A DNA stretch of 63,914 nt, the filler included, from Lenisia limosa (Eukaryota; Protista; Breviatea): NCBI GenBank assembly GCA_001655205.1. It is 12 parts of 12 records of this genome, joined end to end, with 100 filler letters (N's around TTAATTAATTAA, not from the genome) between each part and the next. Parts side by side here need not be neighbours in the genome. Positions count along the whole stretch, not along the records: positions 39,448 to 41,636 come from LPNZ01011302.1; positions 41,737 to 46,637 come from LPNZ01006655.1; positions 46,738 to 54,350 come from LPNZ01003753.1; 9 more parts are not named here. The stretch is one strand, 5' to 3'. Numbering within the stretch: position 1 is the stretch's first letter; every line of letters starts with the position of its first letter. Below, piece by piece: positions 40,222 to 52,300 of this stretch. Both the position numbers and the translations under genes were made by a program. The notes beneath the pieces are model-generated. The model made no database searches. It saw only the letters and a program-made list of their open reading frames with translations, and was not told the origin of the DNA.

Positions 40222-41620
40222 NNNNNNNNNNCATACCACCAACATCCTGCAATACCGCAAAGCTTACGACTGGAGGGACGTAATCGCCTTGTTGGGCGGT
40301 TCTCTGAGTCTGGTCCGAGGAAGAAGCCGCTGGGCGGGTTAATGATTCAGCTTGAAAAGCGGTACTACGGCGCATCGACTTGGGATTCTGATGAAAAAGT
40401 TGGACTTCCCATTATTTGTAGATTGGAATCCCAAGTAATTAGTTGAAAATCCTCCGGTCCGAAATAAGGTGTGAAAATCTCGACATAAACAGACACGTGT
40501 ATATGCATATAATTCATACATGATCCGGGATTTATGACTATACTGTCTTTTTCTTTGGGACTGTAGGGAAGCCTTTTTTTATTCTCATATTTGAGCAACA
40601 CAAACATAGTAAGTAGTCCACACCACTATGTTGATAAGAGATACCGATATTTATTAGAATATCAGGCCGAAGCCGTCCACACCAGAGATACTATTAGAAT
40701 ACCAGGCGAAGCCGTCCACACCATCACAGTGCTGGTTATATCGGGTAATATAAGGGATATTGGGAGACTTTATTATTGAATAATCCATTCCAGGTTTAAA
40801 GCATCATATTTTAAACCACTCACGTTGGGACGGTTCCATCATTGTGGGTGCAGTAGGGGGCTGGTAGGCGGGGTTTTGAGGGGGCTCTGAACTAGAACGG
40901 TGACAGGAGCGGGGTGAAAATAACTATTGCAATAGTAACAGACACATATCCGCAAGGGTCTACTATCAGTTTCAAAAGGGGTTTCACTTTTGTAGGTAGG
41001 TTCTATAAACAGAGACCAAAGGAGGCAAATAAGTTAGAACTAGGGATTCACTTCAATCTAAAAAATGCCTTTCTCAATAAATCATCGATCGATGTATTAT
41101 CTCAGCAGTATTGGATATGGGACAAACTAGGATCATAGGGATCCGGCGGAGTGTACAGCACAAAGAAGAGACCCCTTGGAGAAAATGCTGGTGGTGGCTT
41201 TTTCCAAAACAAAACATACTCAGAGGGAGCGCTTGGGGGAGGAGGCTGGTAGACAGGAGCGTTAGGGTTGGTGGGGGGTTGGGGGGCTGTAGAAGTAAGA
41301 ATTATTGCTGGGGCGAATGGGTTTTTAGAAACAGCTTCATGTTCGCTAGAAAGCCAATTTTCGATAAATAAAGTGAAGCTTAAGTTTTCTTATGAGGGAT
41401 TAATAATGAAAAACTGACGTGTAAGTGAAAGGTACACAGATAAACAAGACATATGATATACAATATAATATTGCGATACTCACATTTGCGATCCTATATT
41501 GAAAAAGATTCAGACACAGTTCCACCACAGTCACCGTACCATCAGTTGGGGGAACAGTGGGGGGTTGGTATCCATCACTTGGCTTGACAGGGGGAGGGCC
41601 TGGTTTGGTCAGTACGGTAT
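39448..41620 (-). CDS. Pro-rich protein with long EAEKKRLEE(E) charged repeats (fragment)
   Basis: Exons GPPPVKPSDGYQPPTVPP, PVYQPPPPSAP, SEPPQNPAYQPPTAP and AASSSDQTQRTAQQGDYVPPV lead into many tandem 27/30-nt units encoding EAEKKRLEE(E). Confidence 0.6.
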
Positions 41621-41737
41621 TATATGGGGGGGGGGGNNNNNNNNNNNNNNNNNNNNNNNNNNNNNNNNNNNNNNNNNNNNTTAATTAATTAANNNNNNNN
41701 NNNNNNNNNNNNNNNNNNNNNNNNNNNNNNNNNNNNC

Positions 41738-44700
41738 ATCGGCGCTGTCCGTGCCGGCCGACTTTCTGGAATTTGCCCGCCCCTCCGGCGTCGGAGTAAT
41801 TGACACAATTGCCACATTAGAAGTCGACCCCCCTCCAACAGCAGTAACACCGATTAGATCTATGAGATCCACAGCACCGCTGTCATCTTCGCGGACAGTG
41901 TACACCCCAGAGTCCTTTGCCCAGCGGAACGCCGGTCCGAAGCCCTCGCCGCCGGTTACGCCGATGCCGGGACGACATGCCCCTCAAGGAACCCCGGGTG
42001 CAACCCCTTTTGAACCATCAGAAGCGTCAGAGCCTTCCGAGCCGACATCCGAGGCTAGAAGCGTTCGTCGTCACAGGAGAAGGTACGAGGGGGGGGGGGG
42101 NNNNNNNNNNNNNNNNNNNNNNNNNNNNNNNNNNNNNNNNNNNNNNNNNNNNNNNNNNNNNNNNNNNNNNNNNNNNNNNNNNNNNNNNNNNNNNNNNNNN
42201 NNNNNNNNNNNNNNNNNNNNNNNNNNNNNGGAACGTGGTCCTACTGTAGTCCTGATTATATGGCCTTGGGATGTGGTCCTACTCAAGTACTGATTATCTG
42301 GAGGCACGCAGAAAGCTGTGTGCACAGAGTTGAAAGGCAAATGATTGGGTGAATAATATTATGTTATAATCCAATATCTCTTATTAGCGTGGTGGTGTGA
42401 CGGCTTCGGCCAGATTCTACCTTATTTTTTATTTCTCATTGCTGTATATATATGCATATGGCCTTGGGATATGATCCTACTTAAGTCCTGATTATATGGC
42501 CTTGGGTTGGGATTATGGCTGGTGCATGATTATATGCTGGTTCAATGGTGTATGCTCCAATTCAATTAACAGACGATATACTATATCATATCAACATACA
42601 AATATTGAATACCTCAATTTTTAAATTTCAGTCGCAATATGCATCGGGCTATATCGGAGTGAAACCCATAGTCCCTTCTTCACACCACCAAAAAGAATCT
42701 AAAATACATATCATGTACTATGTGATCAAATCAAAATTCCCCAATATGCCTCCCTCTCATGAATAGTACGCATTCTTATATATGCCTCCCTCTCATGAAT
42801 AGTACGCATTCTTTTGAGGTTTTATTTTGTTTCGTAAGTTCTCCAATTTTGTGATTAGTACCTTTACACCAATAAATTTCCTTCGTTCACGGATTATAGG
42901 TCTGATGCTATTTTGTCAGAATCCGCGATCACTCCTCCGGAGGCGCAGTCAAGTTCTCTTAACGCGGTTAGTTTACCTCCATGTCGAAATTAAATGCGGT
43001 ATAAAGCTCATGTATTCAGAATTAGGTACATATATCATAGTATCATAGTATTATACGTATTACATACCACGGCCTATAAATATCAACTGTAAATCTCATT
43101 CTTACGTATGGTATATCATATATTGATATGGCTAGTATATTTAGTAGCATAGAAATGATACGTGTGCAAATGATTGACTGCATTACGAGGGATGATTTAC
43201 CAAGCTATCATAAAACTAAAATGTTAAATATGAACCTTTCTCTGTGTCCCCTGTTTCTTGGGTTCTACAATCGTACTGAATGTCTCAATAAACATGTTTA
43301 AATGCAAAAAAACACGCTCTATTGTCGGATTAATATGAAACCACTTATTTCTTCACCTCAATTCACGGTTTTAGCCCAATAAAGGCCGTCATCGGATCTA
43401 TGATCTCTCCAACGCCACCCAGGACCCCGCTTTATCGTCATCTATGCCACCGCCGCTGGCATCAAGGCAGCATTCTGATCCGGCGCCGGGACTTGCCGGT
43501 CTCAACCTTTGCCTCCCGCCACCGAAGGTATTTTTTTTTTGCCATTCCTCTGAGTGAATTACTATTTTACTATAAACCAATATCTCTTAGAAGCTTGGGT
43601 GTGGACGGTTTTGGCGAGATACTATAAACCATTATCTCTTATAAGCTTGGTGGTATGGACGGTTTTGGCCATATACAAGCTTGTTTTTTTTGTTTGTTTT
43701 TAAACTGTTATAATGTCTTACAAATTTGGGACGCTATACACTGGATATTGTATGTCTATCTTATGCTTCCTACATTTTGTACTAATCCGAACATCAATCG
43801 CCCTTGCTACTTCGCGCGTCATATGATACAAATCTTGGTTAGATTTTGACAGATACCTTTTCACCACATCCCCAGCTCGTAATCAGTTTCTTTTTCGAAC
43901 AAGACCATACAATAAATTAAATCTTGGGGGGACTACGGCTTCACTTCGGTTCGAAAAAAGACTTAATTTCTCGATAAATCCTCGAAAACTATCATTAATT
44001 TACCGGTCTTTTTCAAACCGAAGTGAAGCCCTAACTGGGACCCTTCCCCTCTCACTCTCTAGACTACTGACGACATCCGTGTGTTGACCCCGCCTGAATC
44101 CGAGGAAAATGGTAGGTATTTACAAATGATATACCTAATTTTCACTCATGTAATACATACATAATTATAAGAATGTGAATGTACATTCTACACCCAATTG
44201 CAATATTATAACCACCATAGTGCACCTCTTATTCATGGATATGTTTATTCATATCGATATAACCATTTCCTGGCTAATGCTAATAAATAACTGTTTAAAG
44301 CCTCGGTTCAATGCACGCATAATACTGTCATTACACTCCAGGTTTCTCCACGATGTACATAGAGGTTGAATTAATACTCTGCTATAATCCAATATTTCCT
44401 AAACCGTGATGGTGTGTACGGCTCTGGCCAGATACCACAGATTCCACCTATTTTTATTTCTCATCTCTCCTTAGGGGGGTGTCGTCAAATAGTGTAGTAT
44501 ATATATATATATTTATATGCTATATAAGTTTTCACCCTTGCCCCCATACCCCATGGAGCCGTCATGTATGATATGTCACGCATATATTTGAGGGGGGCCC
44601 TCCGTGGACAACTGATACATTGAGGACTACCCATATGCTAAGCGTTTATTCATGACTTTGTACATTTCTTTTTAGGTTTTTTGGTAAAATCACCCCGATC

Positions 44701-46545
44701 TGTAACGGTCCGCTCAGCTTTGTGTTATACTATGGCGCTGACCATTAGACGCAGACTCGGACTATGAGGAAGAGAGCGAATGGAGCGACGGAGACGTCGG
44801 CCTTTACGACCCCAATCCTTCTTATGTACGCATTATATCATAGAATATACTACATATCATATGTATGCTAAACTCTTCACGTCTCTCGCTCAAGTTTTGT
44901 GTTGCTCTCACCTTATTTATGCCTTTGTTTTCCCCCTCTTGTCTAAAGTAGGGCTTCACTTCGAAAAAAGACTGAGATTCTCGATAAATCCTGGAATTTT
45001 TTGAACCGAAGTGAAACCCTTGTCTCAAGGGAAATAAGTCCTTTCAAGCAGTCTTCTGACTTTCTAGAACAACCTTCCAGCAGCGGATGAGTCTGATGAA
45101 GTCATGTATGGGGGAGGGGAGGGGGCATCATCTCTGCTACACGAGGGTTGAATGATAAGATTATTGGCTAATCTTTGTCATGAATTGTTGTAATATGTAC
45201 ATCATATGTCAATATTTTTCTATACTACATGTATATGATATACCATATATTACATACTATAGCATAGTATATTATGAACATGTGATATGTCTACCATATT
45301 AGATATCTGCCCGATCTTTATCATAGAAATGTCACCGAGTAGGGTGCCGAAGGTGGCCTCGTCCCTCAGCCTTCCCTTGGGTTACTTCAGCGGAGGTGAG
45401 TGGAGGGCAATGTTCGACTGTATAGTGTGGACAGCTTCAGCCAGATACCTTTTTTTTTTTTTTTTGTTTTTCCNNNNNNNNNNNNNNNNNNNNNNNNNNN
45501 NNNNNNNNNNNNNNNNNNNNNNNNNNNNNNNNNNNNNNTGTAGTATGTACGCACGCTAACCCTTATATCCACAACACTCACCTTTCAGAAGATTCCCCGT
45601 TATCTTCATCAGTTCCGAAGGTTTGTGGGCTCTGTCACTCAATAACAGCGAAATAATCCTATAATTTTGTACACTACACAGATATTGAACTTAAAGTTAG
45701 TCGTTCTCCACTCATGCCCCTTACCCCCCAGGGCGTTGGTCTGTCCCTGGATCTTGACAGGGTATCGCAACGGCCTGAACCCTCTGCTCACGAACTTGAG
45801 CGCCAGGTTTGTTGCATCGTAATTGTCATAGATATCATAAGATATGCTATACTAGTGACCGGGATACCAGTGGACGGCTTCGGCCAAATACAAACTTATT
45901 TTTTATTTCTCATTACTATATTTGTATTTACTAGCGACAGGGATGGTGTGTTGGGAACGTTGCTACTATCAGCTATGGGTTATATTGGTAAAAAGAATAT
46001 TGGTTATTAATAATTATTGGCTAATAATTATTGTGATTATTTGTTTTCAGTTTTTCGGACATCTAACATCTTCAGAGGAAGCAAGTCAAACTTGCCCTTT
46101 TCGATTCAATCTGCTCCGAGATTCTCCCCTTTCTTTTCCTCGGATCCGACACGGTTGCTCGAGACCTCGATCTACTGCAGGAGAATAATGTTCGAGTTGG
46201 ACTGAATAGCTTTTAAGAGTTTCATTCCGTCTCTAACGTTTAATTTTCATTTTTTATTGTTCAAAAGCAAATTGTTATGTTGTTATCAACCCTCGTGTGT
46301 TGTCAGCCAACAGAGTTGATTTTGGGCTTTTTTTGTTTCATAAATTTTCTAATTTTACTTCCCCTCTCCCAGGTTACCCACATCATCAATGCTGCTGCGA
46401 GTACTTCGGAGTGCTACCACTCGGACTACTTCGAGTACCTTCAGCTTCATTTCAACGACTCGCACATGGAACCACTGACCAGCTATCTTCCTGCCACGTT
46501 GAGCTTCATTGACCAGGCCAGAAGAGAGGTGGGCAGAGTGTCGGA
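41738..46545 (+). CDS. Dual-specificity (MAP kinase) phosphatase, MKP1-like, with long low-complexity N-terminus; catalytic HCxxGxxR exon lost at spacer
   Basis: ELERQ|RKQVKLALFDSICSEILPFLFLGSDTVARDLDLLQENN|VTHIINAAAS..YLQLHFND..SFIDQARREVGRV. The upstream Ser/Pro-rich exons (41738-45360) are assigned to this gene by strand and spacing only. Confidence 0.8.
42301..42452 (+). repeat. Dispersed intronic repeat family B (no TIR), longest copy
   Basis: GGCACGCAGAAAGCTGTGTGCAC...TATAATCCAATAT...GACGGCTTCGGCCAGAT...CTTATTTTTTATTTCTCATTGC(TA)n. Homologous segments at about 540-647, 3017-3042, 40615-40725(-), 43572-43700, 44375-44466, 45420-45455, 45855-45920, 54930-55030(-), 59100-59365(-), 59755-59800(-), 61675-61765 and 62768-62830. 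Confidence 0.8.
43936..44031. mobile_element. MITE family A copy
   Basis: TA-CGGCTTCACTTCGGTTCGAAAAAA...TTTTCAAACCGAAGTGAAGCCC-TA. Confidence 0.85.
44951..45019. mobile_element. MITE family A copy (internally deleted)
   Basis: TA-GGGCTTCACTTCGAAAAAAGACTG...TTGAACCGAAGTGAAACCC. Confidence 0.75.
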
Positions 46546-46816
46546 TTTGGGATTTGTTGCCGAAATCAGTTCCAAATCGAATGGTATATTTTTAAACGTA
46601 GCGACTTGATTTTTGTTGCTTCATAATGTCTATTTTTNNNNNNNNNNNNNNNNNNNNNNNNNNNNNNNNNNNNNNNNNNNNTTAATTAATTAANNNNNNN
46701 NNNNNNNNNNNNNNNNNNNNNNNNNNNNNNNNNNNNNAAGGAATGTCTCGATAAATCCTCGAAAACTATCGATATATTTTACCGAAGCGAAGTGAAACCT
46801 TACTCCCCACCCCCAC

Positions 46817-48590
46817 CTGAGTGCTGCATGGGTGCCATCAGGGGTCTGAAGATAGTTGTACTCAACAAAGAACTCCTCAATAGCGCAAGGGATCTCGTGA
46901 CGGTGGGGGTGCTGGAGGGTGAGGGGTGGTCTTAAAAGCTTCGATTGTAAAATGAAAGTAGCAGCAGTTTGATGAACAAGCCAATAACACCATGTTTATA
47001 ATGATAGAGTCAGTAGCGCCACCAACCTTCTTTAGAAGGAACTTGCGTTTGATGAAGTCGGTCTCAGCACGTCCGTCAACTGAAGCGTGAGTGGGGAAAG
47101 GATACTGAAGCGTGAGTGGGGAAAGGATAATACAGATGACTACTGCAATTAAGTAGACAGTCCCTTTATGCCCACTTCTATTCTGTACAACGTCCACAAC
47201 ACGGGCCAGCTTCTCGTCGAATCCGGTAGAGTTGTCGACAACGACAAGGTAGGGGTGACCGAGCCAAGATTGGCGCAGACGCTCGTCCATTTGTGTGGCC
47301 TCAGCAGGGGTCTCACAACGAGCCTGGTGAGATGTAAATACAAACTATTACTGGGAAGGAACACGTAGTATTGTGGTAATCAGAAAGCAGTGAAGAAACA
47401 AATGAGGAGTTGAGGGCCTCAAGCCGATCCCGATATATCCGGGGCAACTCGGGTATAGCCTCCCACCAAGTTGTCCATGTTGTAGTGGTTTGGTGCTCCG
47501 ATGGCGGCAGTCACCATGTGCACAACGCACTCGTAGCGCTAAAGGGGTCAGATATGGGGGAAGTGTTCTAAGGGATAGAATTAACCAACCCCTGTGCACG
47601 TGACTAGCACAGAGAGGATGTTTCTCTAACCATTCTCGAGGAAACCACACGAACAACACCCCCCCCNNNNNNNNNNNNNNNNNNNNNNNNNNNNNNNNNN
47701 NNNNNNNNNNNNNNNNNNNNNNNNNNNNNNNNNNNNNNNNNNNNNNNNNNNNNNNNNNNNNNNNNNACCCCAACATTCAGTCTTTATTCGCAACCAATCA
47801 TCCAGTCTAGCTGACCGGCCACATACATGCCTTATGACGTGTCCCCCACCTTGTCTCTGAGGGTGACATTGTTCCAGCCGTTCTCGTCAAGAATGGCCTG
47901 CCACACGGCACGGTCGATGTAGGCGGTGGCGTCAAGAGTACCGCGGTCGCAAAAGACAATGGCTTTCTTGCCGCAGTCTCGAGCCATGCGGACGTAGGCC
48001 TCCTCGGCTGACAGCAGCATCTAATGCCGTCAGCAATGCCGTTGTCTTTCGTGGTGCCTGCTTATGCTTACTTTGATAAGAGTCTCCTGGAAATGATACT
48101 CCTTGGCTGGGGTCTGGAGGTCGGTTCTACGAGAATGTTAGAATTCAACTGGTTGAAAATAGCGGGACCATCGGCAGAGAACCTCCATACCTCTCAACGC
48201 CACCAGTGAAGAGCAAAGTGGCCATTTCGGGGACGTTATAGACTAGAAGAGTGAGAAGAAGATCAACAAACCAACCTCTGAAACCCTCGGCTTGGAAGTG
48301 GTCCTTAAGTTTCTTCATCGCAGTGGTCTAATAGCGTAAAACAGGTCCGTTTTTAAGGAAGACACCACGGAGAAAAGCAACCCATTCACCTTTCCAGCAC
48401 AAGGACCTCCAGTGAGGACCACTTTATAGACCTGTGAAGGCTCAAGGCCAAAGACAGAGAGCTTGACACGGCCATCTTCATCAAAAACTTGACTATCACT
48501 CTAAAAATTTTGTTAGTGGGATAATGCAAAATAATCAACAACAAACCATTCTCTAGAACTTGATTGAAGAAGATGGGCGCTTTTCCAAAA
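46817..48590 (-). CDS. TTD14-like protein (AAA_28/NadR-type P-loop plus CYTH-like C-terminus), 3' truncated
   Basis: VYKVVLTGGPCAGK; IVFCDRGTLDATAYI..W..IL..GWNNVTLRD; WLGHPYLVVVDNSTGFDEKL; IKRKFLLK; FFVEYNYL. Confidence 0.8.
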
Positions 48591-48864
48591 AAATATTTGG
48601 TTAAAAACAAAAAAAACACAGATCTGCATGATCTCTTTCTCTTCTTCCAAATATGGTAGTTATGACTTGCTACTCTTTTTTGCTTTGTTTTTGCTGTTTT
48701 TTTGCTTCTCCATCATAACCTTCACTATCCCATCACCACTTATTTAACAGTTTTAACGTTAAGCTCTTCAATAACAGTAGAGACATATTAGCACCCTCCT
48801 ACTATCTTCTTTACTTTTGTGGACATCTTGAGAATATTAACCCTTTCTCAGAAGAACTTTCACA

Positions 48865-49334
48865 ATGGAAATGTTATCGAACTCATCTAAATCGCATGCA
48901 ACGGTAAGACACACGTACAACGAAGACACATATCATATGGCAACATCTTTCGTGGTTCCCTTTCAATTTCAAATGTCAATGTGAAATTCATTCATCCTTA
49001 GGCTATAGTTGAAGATGGTCGCACATTTTGTTATCCAGCCCCATGTACCCTGAAAGAGTTCCGACAAAATTGTGAGATGCCAGAAGCTGAATTCTCCAAT
49101 GGCAAAAAAATGTTGGAACTTGAATTTTTCCATTTGCAATTTCAGTTTGACTCCGACCTCACTCTTAGATTCTGTGTTGATACTGATAAGATGGAGCCTG
49201 GAGTGTACACCCTCTATTCGAAAGTGCCCCTTGAAGCCACCAAGCCCCCCGCTGCTCCCCCAACAATCATGAACAGAGTGTCATCAATGTGGTCGGCAAT
49301 ATTTTGTAGGATTGGGTTTCACTCTATTGATTGA
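48865..49334 (+). CDS. Small hypothetical protein, 3 exons
   Basis: MEMLSNSSKSHAT|AIVEDGRTFCYPAPCTLKEFRQNCEMPEAEFSNGKK|FCVDTDKMEPGVYTLYSK.. joins in phase with canonical sites. No known motif. Confidence 0.45.
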
Positions 49335-49382
49335 TGTTTTTTTACCTCCGACTTGCAATTGCGGTTTGGTTTAACCTCTTGT

Positions 49383-52300
49383 TTCAAATGGTGAAGTGAG
49401 GTGGTTTTGTTGGTTTATTGTTTCTTCTTGTCCCCTCTCCCCTTATGTTATCAGCCACGACAGCCTCCGGTTGCTCGACCGTCGCTGCCGTGTCAACAAG
49501 AGCAGGCTCTGATGTGTACCATATGATCAACAGGAAAACTTGTGAGGGGATATTCCAAAAAGCAGGGTGATAAAACAATATTCTGGTCATTAGTGATCCG
49601 TTCAGTGGCGAAAGCGAAAAAAGAAGAATGACAATAACTTGCTGTACGCCACCATAATCCTGGACAGTTAGTTCCGTCTTGAAAACAGCACAATGTACTT
49701 TTCTCGACTGTATTTGGTCAAAATACCCAATATAATACTATCCTTGATGTCTCATATCATATTACATAAGGTAAATAGTTAAGAGCTGTCCATACCTGTT
49801 CTTGGAGAATTTGGGATCAACTGTTGTTACCCCAGCGAGGAGTTTCAGCTTCTATGTTGGTTAAACGAAGAAAGTAAACCTGCACATTGGTGATATCTTG
49901 GAAATGTGCCTACCTTTGTCAAAGAACATATCAATTCCGTCTTGTGAAGCCTCATTATTTGTCACAGTGTATTGCGGCGGCGGGTCCTGAATAATAAAAT
50001 AACAGCATTATTTGGAACCAAAGTTCAAACTGTACCTTCAAAACAAGGTATCCACCCCTTACATCTTCAAAATTATTGCACTGGTTGTCAAATGTTGCAT
50101 TCTTTCTATTGAGCTCCAGCTATACACTTGGTGAGAGAAGCCAAACACAGGAGGGGGGTTATCACGCACGCAAACAAAAAGGAAAAAGGTACCAGATGTT
50201 GGATAGGATNNNNNNNNNNNNNNNNNNNNNNNNNNNNNNNNNNNNNNNNNNNNNNNNNNNNNNNNNNNNNNNNNNNNNNNNNNNNNNNNNNNNNNNNNNN
50301 NNNNNNNNNNNNNNATCTCTACAATTGACAAAGGCGTCAAGAAGATGATAATACTCACCATTAAGTTGATCGGAAGCGACATTCGATCAAGAGGACAGGT
50401 TATACTTGTTTCCATCCACTCAGCTCTGAACTGTGAGTTGCCCTGTGAAGCAAAGAATTGGGTGGGGAAAACAATAATCAATATCACCACTAAACGTGAA
50501 GGCGTAGACCAAACACTGTCATTCTTCAGACATGTACAATGGGGTGACAAAGCTGCAAAAGTAGTAAACCACAAGAGACTTCGCATACCTGTACATCAGG
50601 GAGTAGGCGGCAGGACCGTTGATTCGACCAAACGCCTCGTCCTTGACCCGGTCAAATGTCACCTGAGAAAGTCAGGAATTCGTATATTCCTCAATACTCC
50701 TTGTAACCTAGTTTATACGATTTGGGGCCTGGGGTGGACAAATATATAATTTTGAGTTCAATCGTTTCTGTGAGATTTTTAGCTGAATTCCTTTATAGGG
50801 CACAGTAATGTCTCTGTTTTACACCACTTTGTGAAATCATCATCTAAATGATAGAATTTGGTACTTTCTTTGGGTGATTGTAGGCTTGAAAACTATACGT
50901 TTTCACCAATATTTCAGGAAAAGCTAATACCTAGAAAACGACAAAATATTAATGGTTTCCAATTTTCTTGGAGATGACTCAGAAAAGCGCATATTTCTGG
51001 CAATATTCCATGGAAAAGCGGGCGAAATTTCGGAAAAAACATTGTTTTCGCAATTTAAGTTTACTCGCGCTTTAATGTTTTCATTCAGATCCTTGGCAAT
51101 CGAATCGGACCCCCCAAATCCTGACCTTTTCTGAAGTTCTGTCGTTGATTCGGAACCAGTTATCACCATCGTTGACAAAACACCAGTAGTGGCCATGCCC
51201 CGCAGAGCCGCTGTGTACTACGTCGTCAAGGGCTCAATCGAGAAACCAGGGAGCATATAATAGAGTTGAACATCGTTTCGACAATAAAGGAAATTATTGA
51301 CTAATAAGTGTAATATCGGATCTGTTTGAATCAAGGAAGATGAATAAGGGATAGCCAGAGTACCGATAACCGCATGAAGTGTATAGGCCAAGCTTTCATC
51401 AATGTGTTTCCAGGCGTTATCAATGGACTCTTCGAGATTGGTAATCTCCTTCTTCAATTCTAGAATGTGATTAAGTTGAAATCGGGCTTCTAATAAAACC
51501 TCACCCCTTCTTCAAAGTCCTACCTTGCTTCCTGGTTTTGATTCTCTCCAGTGCGTCAGAGAAGAAAGGCGGAGGGTCCATGTCCAAGTCTGAGCAGAGA
51601 CGCCTTGTGACTACTGCGTGAATATATTTGATGGCGTGGACTCAGTCCGGTATTAACCTTTAATAATATCCCATTGTGTGGCAGGGGAGGGGGGGGGGGA
51701 AGATCGGGGGTATGGGATACTCCATCATATCATACATTGTTCCGAAAGCCCTCTCCAGCCCAAGAAGGCAGGTGCCGTACCCCAAAAAGGCAAAGAAGGC
51801 AGGTGCCGTACCTTGGATCAGTTCGGCTGCGGAAGCGTTGTTGTGGTAGCTTTCTAATGACTCAAGCTGGCTCCGAGCCTTCACGAGGGCAGTCTAAATT
51901 GTGGGTACTACCTGTGTTCAGGTGCTCATGATGGAATTTATCAGGAACATATTGCCTGTAAAATAGGATACTAATTCTGGGCTTCTTCAAAAATATGAAA
52001 TCGTATGCATATGCGATGCTTATTGTATGTTCGCTGTATTTGGCACTTCTAATCAGTTGGAATTGGTGTTCACCCTCCTGTCACTTTTATTCAAACTACC
52101 TCCACCCCACCTTTTTGTTCTTCAAGTGTTTTTGGATATTGCGAGTTTCTTCAGAGCGGATGGAGAGGTATCTAAAATATCAGGGTTCAAGATAGAGCTA
52201 TGTGACACTGTACATGCTTGCATTCCATAAAAAAAGGGTCTCAAAAAGAACACGGATTTCAAGCAGTGATTCACAGTAATCACGCTTTTTACCTATTTGG

